DNA of 64,000 bases from an uncultured delta proteobacterium (GTDB lineage Bacteria; Desulfobacterota; Binatia; UBA9968): positions 237,743-301,742 of the forward strand of contig CAVYTU010000009.1 in assembly GCA_963771465.1 (NCBI GenBank). The letters run 5' to 3'. Under the pieces are notes generated by a model. It was not told the origin of the DNA. It searched no databases and saw only the letters and a program-made list of their open reading frames with translations. The position numbers and the translations under genes were made by a program. Positions 1-10,906 of the stretch are shown here, piece after piece (the first letter of the stretch is position 1; each line of letters begins with the position of its first letter).

Positions 1-676
1 CCACATGGCCGTCGAGATAATATTTCTGCGGCATCGCAACGCTAACTTCATCGCCGGCGCTCAAATCCGCCGAGAGGTCGAGTTCGGAACTGAATATCCT
101 GTGCAACTCAGCGATTTGCGCCGAAGATAAACCAGCTTGGGCCGCGCTCTCAGAAAATTGCTTGCTCACCTTCACACGCAGGAGATTTAACCGCGCAACG
201 TGAAACAGCTCTTCGCGCTCCACCGACCAGCCGCCCAGGGTCGCGCTGGCGCGCACGATATGATTTTGCAGCACAAACTCCACCGCCCGTAGGTTTCGGC
301 TGTGTGCATCCAATACCAAATTAAATGATTGATCCCTTGGCATGCGCCGCCAGTCGACGATATCGCGCATTTTTTTCAGCAGCTCCTGGCTCGAGCTCTG
401 CGGCAAACCGTGGCGCTTCAGAATGTTGGTGATATTTTCATTGCGTCCAAGCTTTACTGCCAGCCGTTCAACCACTCCCGTGTTCAATCTATCCGGCGTC
501 GCCGTGCTGCGGCGATCGTCGGACGGATTTAATGACGGGACCAAAGCGAAGATTCCCAGCATCGCCGCTGCGAAAAGCGCGGCGCCGACCGGTAACCCGT
601 CGAAGATATCAGCAAAGAAGTTGCGGAGAATTTTGAGATACATTTGGCAATCGATCGGAAGCGTTTCGTGGTTCAT
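1..676 (-). CDS. M23 family peptidoglycan DD-metalloendopeptidase paralog, N-terminal part (runs off the window start)
   Basis: Manual translation from ATG at 676 (MNHETLPIDCQ...VKLGRNENITNILKRHGL...AGLSSAQIAELHRIFSSELDLSADLSAGDEVSV) aligns by eye with the N-terminal half of the 2267..3553 M23 protein. Not in the ORF track. Confidence 0.75.
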   Translation of the reverse strand, partial: MNHETLPIDCQMYLKILRNFFADIFDGLPVGAALFAAAMLGIFALVPSLNPSDDRRSTATPDRLNTGVVERLAVKLGRNENITNILKRHGLPQSSSQELLKKMRDIVDWRRMPRDQSFNLVLDAHSRNLRAVEFVLQNHIVRASATLGGWSVEREELFHVARLNLLRVKVSKQFSESAAQAGLSSAQIAELHRIFSSELDLSADLSAGDEVSVAMPQKYYLDGHV

Positions 677-745
677 ATCGGATAAGCCATAGTGGGTCAA
701 TACTTTTTTTGCAAATAATGATTTACTCTTTAAAACAAAACTAAG

Positions 746-1171
746 CTATGCTGTGAAAGCGTCGTGATAGAGAACTTTGCCTTCTTGGCATTCGGACGAG
801 AACGGTCGCGCCAAAAAATATTCCGTTGGAAATCCGTCGAGGCTGAGACCTTGGCGCGCAACAAAACCGAAGCGAGAAGAAAAGTCGGACTCGCCGAGCA
901 AGACGCAGCCATTTGCGCCGCCCGCTTCAAGTAACTTTAAACCGGCATTGATTAAGCGACTACCGATACCCTTCCTTTGATGGATTGGGGTGACCGACAT
1001 CAAGCACAGACACCAGTGAAACCGTGAGCGCGCTACTTTCTCGCGCAGCTTGTCGACGATATGCTGTTCCCTATGGTTGTTATACGACTGGTCTTCGAAA
1101 GCCGCGACAATGACGGCGCGGATCGCCGGCACATCCGCGCGCTCTTCCGGACGGATTATGATCTCTAGCAA
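746..1171 (-). CDS. GNAT N-acetyltransferase (YhbS-like), apparently with an internal deletion
   Basis: IIRPEERADVPAIRAVIVAAF start, QRKGIGSRL acetyl-CoA motif, VLLGE..RFGF and YHDAF end. The central part looks shorter than usual. Confidence 0.7.
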   Translation of the reverse strand: MLEIIIRPEERADVPAIRAVIVAAFEDQSYNNHREQHIVDKLREKVARSRFHWCLCLMSVTPIHQRKGIGSRLINAGLKLLEAGGANGCVLLGESDFSSRFGFVARQGLSLDGFPTEYFLARPFSSECQEGKVLYHDAFTA

Positions 1172-1214
1172 TTGGCCGTCTCGTTGCCGATGAAATAGAT
1201 TTTCGGCAAGCTGG

Positions 1215-2156
1215 TTACGCGAGAATCGCCTTACAGATTTCCTCGACGTGACGATGATCCGTGCCGCAGCAACCGCCGAGCACGTTCAAACTCGCGAGCT
1301 TGTCACGAAGTTGTCGGTATTGTCGACCGAGTTCGTTGGGATTTCCAACATCGAGCTCGGTGGCTTCGTCGAGTTCTTTATGACTTTTCGTCGAAGCATT
1401 CGCTCTCACGCCGCGGATTCTTGCGGTCCACGACGCGTCTTTATCCAACACCCCTGCGAAGTGACTCGGGTGCGCGCAGTTAATCATATAATAAGCCGGT
1501 AAAGGGATGGTCGCGCCATCGACTTGTTCGATGGCATCCTTTAGAGATTGACCGTTGGGCAATTGGCCGTCGATCTCGACTGTGAACGAAATAACGACCG
1601 GCATGCCGACCCGCCGTGCCGCGCGGGCAATCCCGATCGCTTCAGCCGGATAGGTCATGGTGATCGCAGTTACCATATCCGCATCCGCAGCGCGAAAGGT
1701 TTCCGCTTGGAGCGCATGATAGTTCTCAGCTTCTGTCTCCGTCATAAAGCTCGCCGGATTGTAGCCGTCGCCGCGCGGCCCGATGCAGCCGCTGATAACC
1801 ATCGGCGTGCCCGAGGTTTCAAATTCCTGCCGAATCCGATGCAGCATAGCGATGGCCCGACGATTGGCTTCGACGAGCGCTGCCTTCGAATAGCCAAGCT
1901 TCGCGCCCCAATCCGCGCTGGCGCGCCAGGTCGCGCTCTCGAGAATACAGCCCACGTCGTACCCGCTCGCGAGCGCGGCATAGGTGCGGAAATATTTCAC
2001 CAGCGCCGACTCGCCGGCCGCATGCTTTAACAAGTCGAATGCCGCGAAGAACGGTAGTTCCAGCCCTTCGTGAAAGATCAGCGTGGTCTCGATACCGCCG
2101 TCGGTGACAAATAGATCGCCGGACAGTTGCGGCAATTGGTTTCGGTATTTTGCCAT
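1215..2156 (-). CDS. Homocysteine S-methyltransferase family protein
   Basis: TDGGIET, GPRGDGY, INCAHP and GGCCGT zinc motifs. Confidence 0.9.
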   Translation of the reverse strand: MAKYRNQLPQLSGDLFVTDGGIETTLIFHEGLELPFFAAFDLLKHAAGESALVKYFRTYAALASGYDVGCILESATWRASADWGAKLGYSKAALVEANRRAIAMLHRIRQEFETSGTPMVISGCIGPRGDGYNPASFMTETEAENYHALQAETFRAADADMVTAITMTYPAEAIGIARAARRVGMPVVISFTVEIDGQLPNGQSLKDAIEQVDGATIPLPAYYMINCAHPSHFAGVLDKDASWTARIRGVRANASTKSHKELDEATELDVGNPNELGRQYRQLRDKLASLNVLGGCCGTDHRHVEEICKAILA

Positions 2157-2266
2157 CGGCACGCGTCAAGGAGTCTAGGTCCAAATCATTTGAGACGATG
2201 GAAGAATTTTTCGCTGTTTAAATCCTGCAATCATGAATTCAATCGAAACGGCAACGGTGGCGATTG

Positions 2267-3553
2267 CTAGAGACCGTTTGAAGTCCCGTTCACGACCTTG
2301 GCGTCGCTATTATGCAGCATCGCTTCTTGTTGTTCCCGCAGCCGCTCAAAACGCGCCAGATTTTGGCCGGCCAACTGCTGCTCTTTTGGAATCCGTAGAT
2401 TCAAAAAATTGACCTTGGTGCCGCCGCGCAAAAACTCAAAATGAAGATGCGGTCCGGTTGTGTGACCCGTCTGACCGACAAATCCAATCACGTCGCCGGG
2501 ATCCACCGACTGGCCTTTGCGCAAATTCGCCGCGAACCGAGAAAAATGCGCATAGCGAGACATGTAGCTGCCGGAATGGCGTACATCGACAACATTTCCG
2601 TAGCCGTTGCGCCGACCGATAAATTCCACCTTGCCGCGCCCGATGGAAACCACCGGCGTTCCGGTCGGCGCCGCGTAATCGATCGCCAGGTGAGGTCTTA
2701 CCGTGCGAAAGATCGGATGGCGTCGAGTGGGGTTAAACGGCGAAGAAATGCGTGCATAACTCAAAGGCGCACGCAAGAAAGAGCGCCGCAGCGCTTGTCC
2801 GTTGCGATTATAATAAGCGCCAGTGGCGTTGCCGTCTAAGAAATAATAGGCGTTGTGGAGTTCATTCTCAGCTTCCAGTTCGGCTGCTAGGATTCGACCC
2901 TCTCCGCGCCTACCATCGGCGTAACGCAGGGTTTCGACGATCACGCTAAATCCGTCGCCCCGCTGAAAGTCAGAAAAGAAGTCGATATCGGATTCGAAGA
3001 TCTTCGCCAAATCGAAAATATGTTGCGGCGTCAATCCCGCTTCAGTGCCGCTTTCGTAAAGACTTCCCTTGACCGTGCCACGCACGACTTGTTTTTCGCG
3101 CACGAACGGAATTTCGTGCCGCTCCGCGAACCAGCCTTGTTGCGTAGCTTTGACCCGAACCAGCGCGTCATCGACGACAAACTCCATCGCTTGTACCGTG
3201 CGATCCTCGCCGCTCAAGACCACCGCGACATTGTCACCGGGGCGAATCTTGCGTGGATTTAGAAACGGACGGAGTTTCTCGATCATCGCGTGAGCCGATG
3301 GCGGAGCAACTCCAAAGCGCTTCAACACGGAACCCAAAGTTTCTCCCGAGCGCAATTTAACGCCAACTCGAGAATCCACCGGCGCAGCGATCGTGGCGGC
3401 CGGCGCCGTTTGGTATTCTTGCTGCGGCGCATTGACCATCGGCGCGCACAACAACGCGATCGCAGCCAGCATGCCAATCCATGCGCAACGATAGCAAAAC
3501 TCCAGCAGCAATTTGTTTATCGATGGGCGGCAAGGGATAGGTCGATCATTCAT
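2267..3553 (-). CDS. M23 family peptidoglycan DD-metalloendopeptidase (MepM-like)
   Basis: HLAIDYAAPTGTPV, YAH and TGPHLHFE motifs; N-terminal hydrophobic segment. Confidence 0.92.
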   Translation of the reverse strand: MNDRPIPCRPSINKLLLEFCYRCAWIGMLAAIALLCAPMVNAPQQEYQTAPAATIAAPVDSRVGVKLRSGETLGSVLKRFGVAPPSAHAMIEKLRPFLNPRKIRPGDNVAVVLSGEDRTVQAMEFVVDDALVRVKATQQGWFAERHEIPFVREKQVVRGTVKGSLYESGTEAGLTPQHIFDLAKIFESDIDFFSDFQRGDGFSVIVETLRYADGRRGEGRILAAELEAENELHNAYYFLDGNATGAYYNRNGQALRRSFLRAPLSYARISSPFNPTRRHPIFRTVRPHLAIDYAAPTGTPVVSIGRGKVEFIGRRNGYGNVVDVRHSGSYMSRYAHFSRFAANLRKGQSVDPGDVIGFVGQTGHTTGPHLHFEFLRGGTKVNFLNLRIPKEQQLAGQNLARFERLREQQEAMLHNSDAKVVNGTSNGL

Positions 3554-3788
3554 GGAGACATCCAGTTTTTCGAGCAGAGTAGCGAATCATTTAACCAGGG
3601 TCAAAACATCGGCACCGTTTTTTTAAACTTTTTTATTGCGGGGATCGAGAAAAAGACGTCCATCAAGTCATTTTGCGCCGTTCAACCTTAGTGAGGACGG
3701 TTTACAGCTAGACCTGAACGGGTTATATCGAACTCGAATTTGAGCGTTTAATGAATCGCCGATTTAATTTGGCTCAGGAGCAGACGCA

Positions 3789-4886
3789 ATGATTTTTTTG
3801 ACCAACGAACATATCGCCCAAGTCCTCGACATGAAGATCTGCATCGACGCCATGGAAGATGCTTATCGAGAATTGAACGAGCAGCGCGCCGGTTACCGGC
3901 CGCGCATCGACTTCTACGTTCCGCACGAGCCGCACTATTATCGCTGGGGCACCATGGAAGGCGCGTCGCGCAAGCTCGGAGTGTTCGCCATTCGGATGAA
4001 ATCCGATATGCTCGCCTGGGAAAACCAAGACGGCTTCATGGTCGAGGATAAGTATTGCATGGAGCGCGGCACCTACTGTGGTTTGATCTTTCTCACCAGC
4101 ACGCGCAACGGCGAGCCGCTGGCAATCATGAACGACGGCTATCTCCAGCATATGCGTGTGGGCGCCTGCGCCGGCATCGGCACGAAATATTTGGCGCGGA
4201 AAAATTCAAAAGTCCTCGCCATGATCGGTTCGGGCGGCATGGCGCGAACTTATGCCGAAGCGATCAAGCATGTCCGGCCTATCGAAGTGATGCGCGTGTA
4301 CAGCCCGACGAGAAAGAACCGCGAGGCATTCGCAGCCGAGATGACGGAAAAGCTCGACATCGAAGTGATCGCCGTCGATTCGCCGGAAAAGGCGCTCAAA
4401 GGCGCCGATATCGTATCGCTGACGACCGATTCTTTGGTCCCGGTCATCAAAGCGGAATGGTTGGAGCCGGGCATGCATATTAACAACGTGCGCAACAACG
4501 AGGCCGGTCCAGATGTGCTCGCGCGCGCCGATGTGCGCGCCCGGCTCGGCACTTCGACCTTGTACGCCGATCGCAATGCGCCGGAAGTCGTGACCGGCAG
4601 CGACGGCATGTTCGGTTTCATCGCCGGCAGTCCAGAAGAAAAAAATAAAATACCCACGTCGCCGCATCACGAGATCGACAACCCAAACATCGGCACGGTA
4701 CCGGACATCATGGCGGGTAAATGGATCGGCAGAGCCAATGAACAGCAGATTACTTTTTTAAACAACCAAGGCACCCAAGGCTTACAATTCGCGGCGGTGG
4801 GCGGAACTGCGTATAATCTCGCCAAAGCCAAAGGGCTCGGTCATCCGCTGCCGTTGGCATGGTTCACGCAGAATATACGAGATTGA
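3789..4886 (+). CDS. Ornithine cyclodeaminase/mu-crystallin family protein
   Basis: MRVGACAG, IGSGGMA Rossmann motif, RVYSPT, WLEPGMHIN. Confidence 0.9.
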   Translation: MIFLTNEHIAQVLDMKICIDAMEDAYRELNEQRAGYRPRIDFYVPHEPHYYRWGTMEGASRKLGVFAIRMKSDMLAWENQDGFMVEDKYCMERGTYCGLIFLTSTRNGEPLAIMNDGYLQHMRVGACAGIGTKYLARKNSKVLAMIGSGGMARTYAEAIKHVRPIEVMRVYSPTRKNREAFAAEMTEKLDIEVIAVDSPEKALKGADIVSLTTDSLVPVIKAEWLEPGMHINNVRNNEAGPDVLARADVRARLGTSTLYADRNAPEVVTGSDGMFGFIAGSPEEKNKIPTSPHHEIDNPNIGTVPDIMAGKWIGRANEQQITFLNNQGTQGLQFAAVGGTAYNLAKAKGLGHPLPLAWFTQNIRD

Positions 4887-4965
4887 GAAGAAGGAAGTGT
4901 TGGAGTTAAAGAATTCCGAAGCGGAATCAATACTCCACTCGCTCCAACCCTTACGGAGATTTCCC

Positions 4966-5760
4966 ATGGCTACTCTACGCTACGTCGCATATCTCGCCGA
5001 AGATCCGGCGAAGCTCGTGGACTTCTACCACCGCTTTCTCGGCACCGAAGAACTGGGCCGAACAGCCGACGGCGACATCACGATCACCGACGGCTTTTAC
5101 AATTTGACCTTTTTTAAAAATCGTCCTGAGCTTGGCGAGATGCAGATGAACAACGGCCTGCACCACATTGGCCTGCAAGTCGACGATCTCGAAGAAGTGA
5201 AGGACCGCTTTTTGAAATTCAATCCGCGCGGGATGATCATCCCGGAGACCGACGACTTACAGCACGGCGAGATGCGTCTGCATGACCCGGAATGCCGGCC
5301 GGTCACGGTATCTACCAAAAGCTTCGGCGTACCGGCGAGCAAAGAAAAGCAATTTCCGCGCGTCCGTCACATCGCCTATAACGCTCTCGATCCGGAAAGC
5401 ATGTTGCAGTTTTACACCCAGGTACTCGGCCTGCGCGAAATCCCGTCGAGCTACCAGCGCCGCCAGCAGGGCCTCGCCAACCGCTTCTGTGCCGACGGCA
5501 AAACCAACCTGGCGATCCACCCCTTTTACAGCCCAGTCGAAGGCCACGAAGCCAAATACGGCATCAACCATATCGGCTTTCTGACCAATACGATGCAAGC
5601 GACGATGGCCGAACTGAGCAGCGTCCTGAAAATCGTGCCGCGTCCGTCGAGCCGACCCTACGCTGAATTTCGCTTCCGCGATCTCGAAGGCAACGCTTTA
5701 GATTTATCACAGACCAAAGGCTGGGAGGTCGACGTCGATAAATGGGTAAGCGCGGCGTGA
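4966..5760 (+). CDS. Two-domain VOC (glyoxalase-like) protein
   Basis: GLHHIGLQVDD, RVRHIAY, GINHIGF, RDLEGN. GGAG RBS before ATG 4966. Confidence 0.85.
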   Translation: MATLRYVAYLAEDPAKLVDFYHRFLGTEELGRTADGDITITDGFYNLTFFKNRPELGEMQMNNGLHHIGLQVDDLEEVKDRFLKFNPRGMIIPETDDLQHGEMRLHDPECRPVTVSTKSFGVPASKEKQFPRVRHIAYNALDPESMLQFYTQVLGLREIPSSYQRRQQGLANRFCADGKTNLAIHPFYSPVEGHEAKYGINHIGFLTNTMQATMAELSSVLKIVPRPSSRPYAEFRFRDLEGNALDLSQTKGWEVDVDKWVSAA

Positions 5761-5800
5761 TATTAAGATCGGAATGATGGACGATTGGAGTACTGGAGCG

Positions 5801-6827
5801 ATGGCCAGGAAAAACATCAACGCGCCAGATATCAGTTGCCAGATTGTTCTTCTTGTTCATTTTATCGTTCGGCGCAGCGCAAACACTGTGGGCCGCCGCG
5901 CCGCTGGAAAAACTCACCATCGGCTGGAGCGCCATCGCCGGTTCGCAAGCACCGTTTTGGATCACCAAGGAAGCCGGCTTATTCGAGAAGAACGGCCTCG
6001 ACGTCATCATGATCTACCTCGACGGCGGTTCTCGGGCGACTCAAGCGATGATGTCCGGCGATATGCCGATCGCCCAGGTCGGCGGCAATGCGCCGGTGGT
6101 CGCCAAGCTGCGCGGCGCCGATATCACACTTATTGCTGGACTGCTCAATGTTCTTGCCTACAGCATGGTGGTATCACCGGAAATCAAAAAGCCGGAAGAT
6201 CTACGCGGTAAAAAACTTACCGTTAGCCGCTTCGGCTCCAACTCCGATTATGCGACGCGCAAGATTTTGCTTAAGTGGGGTTTGCGTCCCGACATAGATG
6301 TTGCAGTGCTACAGATTCCCGGCGGCCAGCCGACCCGCCTCGCGGCGATTCAATCGGGGCAGATTCACGGTATGGTTGCGCAACCGCCAGTGACGAATCT
6401 TGCTCGCAAATTCAAGATGAACATCATCGCCGAACCGGAAGACTTTGGCGGCGCCTACCCGACCACGCCGGTGGCCGCGCGGATTTCGTTCATCAAGGAC
6501 AAGCGCGAAACTGTCCGCAAATTTACTCGCGCGCTGTTGGAGGGTATTCACGTTTACAAGACGCAAAAGGATTTCAGCAAAAAAGTGATCGCCAAGTATG
6601 TAAAGACCGACGATAACGACGCTTTGGAAGACAGCTACCAGTTTTTCTCTCGCCTCGTGCCGCAAAAACCCTATCCCTCGCTTGACGCCATCAAAGAAGC
6701 CCTCGCCGAGCTCGGCGAGAAAGATCCCAAGGTGCGTTCAGCCAAGCCCGAAGACTTCGCCGACATGAGCGTGATCAAAGAGTTCGACGACAACGGGTTT
6801 ATCGATGGGCTTTATAAGAAGCGCTAA
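5801..6827 (+). CDS. ABC transporter substrate-binding protein (NMT1/SsuA-like); probable extra A near the 5' end
   Basis: AGLFEKNGLDV and DLRGKKLTVSRFGSNS. Removing one A from the run at ~5810 joins ATG 5801 to the long frame. Confidence 0.85.
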
Positions 6828-7162
6828 GAAAACGATTCTGCATCGGCGTCAGATAAGTATGCTGTCTGCGAATTGCCGGATTTTTTCCACCACAGAGCCA
6901 CAGTCGCAAGCCATATCTTATTCCAATCAGCGGTGGTATAGTTACTATACACCGAAGATCGTAGCTACCTTCTCGTGCTTCTCGCCTTGGTATTTGACAC
7001 GCTTCTCCGATGACCCGCAAGCACTGGACGAGCTTGAGTTCAACTTGCCGGGTGGCGTTTCACTGGAATGTAAAATCCGCTCTGGACGGATTTTAGTCTG
7101 GAATCTGGAAATATTGGCGCCAACGAGCTGGAAAGATTCACTTCGCTCTAGTTCCAGCAGAA

Positions 7163-7693
7163 ATGGAGATTCGAATGACCTTGACTGTTGGCGATAAGGT
7201 TGTTTATACGGGCCGGGGTCCCTGTCTTATTGATGCGGTCGTTAACAAAGTCGTTTGTGGAACGACGGCGAGTTTTTACCGATTAGCCCTATTGGACGAT
7301 AGCAAAGCCGAGTTGTTCATGCCGGTCGATAAGTCCACCGATCAACATGTGCGGGCATTGCTGAACCGGTCTGAGATTCCCAAGCTGTTAGGACTCCTCA
7401 AAACCCACGCCGCAGTGACCAAAGATCCTGGAACGGCGAGAAACTGGCGCCAGCGCGAGTTAGACAGTCTCAAACTATTCAACTCTGGTTCCATATTCGA
7501 ACTGGCCCAGATGGTCGAGTCACTGACTCAGTTGAGCACCACCAAGAACCTAGCCGCCCACGACCGGGAGACGCTGTATCGTGCCAGGAAGCTGCTGATA
7601 TGCGAGATCTCGGAAGTGATGGGCGAAAGTAAAACTGCGGCAGAAGCACGCATTGACCACGTGCTCGAACCCGGTAAGAACAAGTCGAACTAG
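7163..7693 (+). CDS. CarD family transcriptional regulator
   Basis: VGDKVVY..GP Tudor-like N-terminus, NWRQR, SGSIFELA, ARKLLICEISEV. Confidence 0.85.
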   Translation: MEIRMTLTVGDKVVYTGRGPCLIDAVVNKVVCGTTASFYRLALLDDSKAELFMPVDKSTDQHVRALLNRSEIPKLLGLLKTHAAVTKDPGTARNWRQRELDSLKLFNSGSIFELAQMVESLTQLSTTKNLAAHDRETLYRARKLLICEISEVMGESKTAAEARIDHVLEPGKNKSN

Positions 7694-7754
7694 TTCGAAA
7701 CTGAAATCCACACTCGTTATCGGCCTGAAGCTCAAGAAGATCGAAGCGTAGAAA

Positions 7755-8426
7755 TCAGATCACGCCAGCCTTCTCCTCGGTAAAACAGAGCCTTTGGGCT
7801 TGCTGCAAACGCTTATCCGTCGGATGGAAAACATCGCCGGAATAGTTCTGACTCTCGAAGCCTTGCAGAATCTGCACCCAGATACGGCAATCCCAGCCGA
7901 GCTTTTTCCAATATCCCAAGCCTATCGAGTCCGCCTCCAGTTCCTTATCCATCGAGTAGTTACGAAATCTCACATTCCACGGCAGCCCCACATCGACGTT
8001 GGATACGCCGTCCCGTAATGTCGTATTGAGAGTAGAAAAGTTAGATCCCGTTTGCTTGGCATGACCGGCGGTCTCATGGGCAATTTCGTGAGCCAAGGTT
8101 TGCCGTAGCAACCAAAGGTAAGACAAATGTCTAGAGGCGAGCTTCGCTAGCTGGTGACTAATATATATGCGGCGGTTTCCAAAGGTCATTCCCAGAACGT
8201 CTTTGCGGGGGAAATCAGAGAGAAAGATTTGATAGTGCGAAACACCGTACTTGTCGTCACTGGCGGCGACAATCTGCGCCGCCTCGTTTCTCACCAGGAG
8301 TTCGACTGCGTCATCTGAAACGATGGGGATATGCGCTTGCGTCGAGCACGATGTTAAAACCAAATAGAAAACAACCATTCCGTATAAACAACGGCTGCCT
8401 CGCGTCAGCAAGTGTAATTCGACCAT
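7755..8426 (-). CDS. M48 family metalloprotease, possible lipoprotein
   Basis: LAHEIAH, ELEADSIG and FHPT motifs; LTSC lipobox-like sequence. Confidence 0.8.
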   Translation of the reverse strand: MVELHLLTRGSRCLYGMVVFYLVLTSCSTQAHIPIVSDDAVELLVRNEAAQIVAASDDKYGVSHYQIFLSDFPRKDVLGMTFGNRRIYISHQLAKLASRHLSYLWLLRQTLAHEIAHETAGHAKQTGSNFSTLNTTLRDGVSNVDVGLPWNVRFRNYSMDKELEADSIGLGYWKKLGWDCRIWVQILQGFESQNYSGDVFHPTDKRLQQAQRLCFTEEKAGVI

Positions 8427-8611
8427 CCGGATATGCCTTCACTTCCGTCAAACATTAAACTCACGCAAGTTACCACACCCAATCTGGGATCAACAACAGA
8501 CATTACCGGGTTCGTTAACTACAAAGCCGCCCCGCAAGTCTAGCACGGTCATTATTTCGCGGGCGTTGTGTCTTTTGATAAATGGGCGTAGGGAAGGAAC
8601 GAGGCGTGACG

Positions 8612-9559
8612 ATGAAAAAAAACAATTTCTCCAAGTGCGCCTCGCGATCGGGCGCTTTCCTCCGGACTATCGGGCTAGCTGCCGGCTTGGCAGCGCTCTG
8701 TACAGGCGCTACCGACACGGCATACAGCCAAACCAACGCCAATCCGATGAGACCCATCCCGATCCCCGCCCAGGCTCCGGCTAAGGACGGCATGGCGCAG
8801 ATTCCCGACACCCGTCTCTGGTACTGGGACACGGGCGGCCAAGGCGTGCCGATCGTGCTTCTTCATCCGGCAACCGGCAGCGCGCTGATCTGGGGTTACC
8901 AGCAGCCGGTGTTCGCCAATGCCGGCTACCGCGTCATCGCCTATTCGCGACGCGGCTACTACAACTCCGCGCCCTTCGACAAGAACAATCCTGGCATTGG
9001 CTCCGAGGACCTTCGCCATCTCGCCGATGTTCTGGGCCTTAAGCGATTTCATGTGTTGGCATCGGCAGCCGGCGGCAGCATCGCTTCAGACTTCGCGTTC
9101 TCCTACCAGGACCGGCTCCTGAGCCTAACCATTTCCAGCAATTCCTTCGGCGTGCGCGAGGGCGAGATCGCGAAGGTCGCGGCCTCCATTCGCCCCAAGG
9201 GCTTTGATGAATTGCCGGCCGAATTTCGCGAGATCGGTCCATCATATCGAGCAGCCAACCCCGAAGGCGTCAAGGCCTGGATCGAGCTCGAGCACAAGGC
9301 GCTGATCGGCCCCCGAGTTTCGCAAGCACTCAAAAATCAGATCACGCAGGCGAAGCTCAAGGAACTCAAGCTGCCGACGCTGTTGATTGCCGGCGCTGCG
9401 GACCTGTATACGCCGCCCTCGATCTCGCGGATGCTCGCTGCCGAGATTCCAAACAGCCGGGTAGTGCTGATACCCGAGTCCGGGCATTCGATCTACTGGG
9501 AGCAGCCGGAGCTCTTCAATCGCGCCGTGCTCGACTTCATCGGTGGGCAGTCGAAATAG
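8612..9559 (+). CDS. Secreted alpha/beta hydrolase-fold protein (nucleophile elbow atypical, ASAAGG)
   Basis: LWYWDTGG, LLHPATGS, YSRRGY, SGHSIYWE. Confidence 0.85.
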   Translation: MKKNNFSKCASRSGAFLRTIGLAAGLAALCTGATDTAYSQTNANPMRPIPIPAQAPAKDGMAQIPDTRLWYWDTGGQGVPIVLLHPATGSALIWGYQQPVFANAGYRVIAYSRRGYYNSAPFDKNNPGIGSEDLRHLADVLGLKRFHVLASAAGGSIASDFAFSYQDRLLSLTISSNSFGVREGEIAKVAASIRPKGFDELPAEFREIGPSYRAANPEGVKAWIELEHKALIGPRVSQALKNQITQAKLKELKLPTLLIAGAADLYTPPSISRMLAAEIPNSRVVLIPESGHSIYWEQPELFNRAVLDFIGGQSK

Positions 9560-9594
9560 CCGAAGGAGCAACAGAGGTCAAGTCCAGCAATCCT

Positions 9595-9627
9595 CTGGAT
9601 TCCCGCCAAAAGCATGCGGGAATGACG
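9595..9627. repeat. REP-like palindrome (CGTCATTCCCGC...GCGGGAATCCAG family)
   Basis: ctggattcccgccaaaagcatgcgggaatgacg; same family as the element inside dnaE2. Confidence 0.75.
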
Positions 9628-9728
9628 CTTCGGTGAGAAATTTCATTCCACGCGGTAAGCTTCGGAAATCCCACCTAGCGAGATTGGAGATATCTTGCTA
9701 CGAATAAAAAGATCCCGCGATAAGTACC

Positions 9729-10796
9729 ATGCCAGCTATCGAGAGCATCGAAGTCTTGGTGATTCAGCAAGTGCCCGACCAGGTGCTCGACCGAATTGCC
9801 AACGTCGATCAGCGCATCAAGGTTATCGATGCCAGAGGATGGTTTGACGTCGAGCTGCGCGCTACTTGGCCGCAATGGACCGTCGATCGTTATCTTGGCT
9901 CCCGTAAATATCCTGCCACCAGCGGTTACCAGCGAAACCAAGCGCTGGCGTCAGCCGAGATCATCCTCGTCGGCTGGCCTCCGGTAAAAGACATCTGCGC
10001 TCGCGCGCCTCGACTGAAATGGGTCCACGAGCTGCCGGCGGGAGCGAGCAATTTTCTCGATACCGATCTGTGGAGCTCGGATGTTATCGTAACTACTTCC
10101 CGCGGGCTGACGAATAGGCGCCCGATGGCCGAGTATGTGTTGGCGAGCTTCCTCCACTTTGCTCGCGGGCTTCACTTGAGTTACCGCGACCAACGGCGCC
10201 ACCGCTTCGATCATCACACTTACGATCCGATAATTATTCGGGACAAGACTGTATGCGTTATCGGCGCCGGCGGCATTGGCCAGGAAGTCGCTAAGCTTTG
10301 TGGCGCGGCGGGCATGCGCGTGGTCGGTACGCGCCGGGACGTTGTTCCGGGTGCCGCACAACCATCAAGCTTTACGCGCATAGAATCCTCCCACGCCTTG
10401 AATGATCTGCTCCGCGAGAGTGAATTCGTCGCCGTTTGTTGTCCGTGGACAAAAGAGACCACGCGCCTTATCAGCAGAGACGCTTTTAACGCGATGAAAC
10501 CGGGGACGGTTTTAGTCAACATCGCGCGCGGTGAGATCGTCGATGAAGAAGCTTTGATCGTCGCGCTGAAGGAGGGCAAACTGCGCGGCTTCGCAACCGA
10601 CGTCTACGATGGTGAATTCGATCGTCCGCCAGATCCGCGCCTGTGGGACGATGAACGAGTCGTCATAACACCCCATATCTCCGCGGTTACAGACGTTTCG
10701 GAGCATCAAGGGATAAATTTATTCTGCGACAACTTGCGTCGCTATCTTGAAGGCCAACCGCTAGCAAACGTCATCGACTGGCAACGTGGCTATTGA
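9729..10796 (+). CDS. D-2-hydroxyacid dehydrogenase
   Basis: GAGGIG, VNIARGEIVDE, ITPHIS. Confidence 0.92.
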   Translation: MPAIESIEVLVIQQVPDQVLDRIANVDQRIKVIDARGWFDVELRATWPQWTVDRYLGSRKYPATSGYQRNQALASAEIILVGWPPVKDICARAPRLKWVHELPAGASNFLDTDLWSSDVIVTTSRGLTNRRPMAEYVLASFLHFARGLHLSYRDQRRHRFDHHTYDPIIIRDKTVCVIGAGGIGQEVAKLCGAAGMRVVGTRRDVVPGAAQPSSFTRIESSHALNDLLRESEFVAVCCPWTKETTRLISRDAFNAMKPGTVLVNIARGEIVDEEALIVALKEGKLRGFATDVYDGEFDRPPDPRLWDDERVVITPHISAVTDVSEHQGINLFCDNLRRYLEGQPLANVIDWQRGY

Positions 10797-10906
10797 AATT
10801 GGCTGGCGACCACGATTCATCTGCTTCACCGCGCCGGCAGAGAAAGGCAGAGGGAAACATCCAGCAGAACGACTCTGAAAATTCTGCGCCTCTGCGGTGA
10901 AAAATC

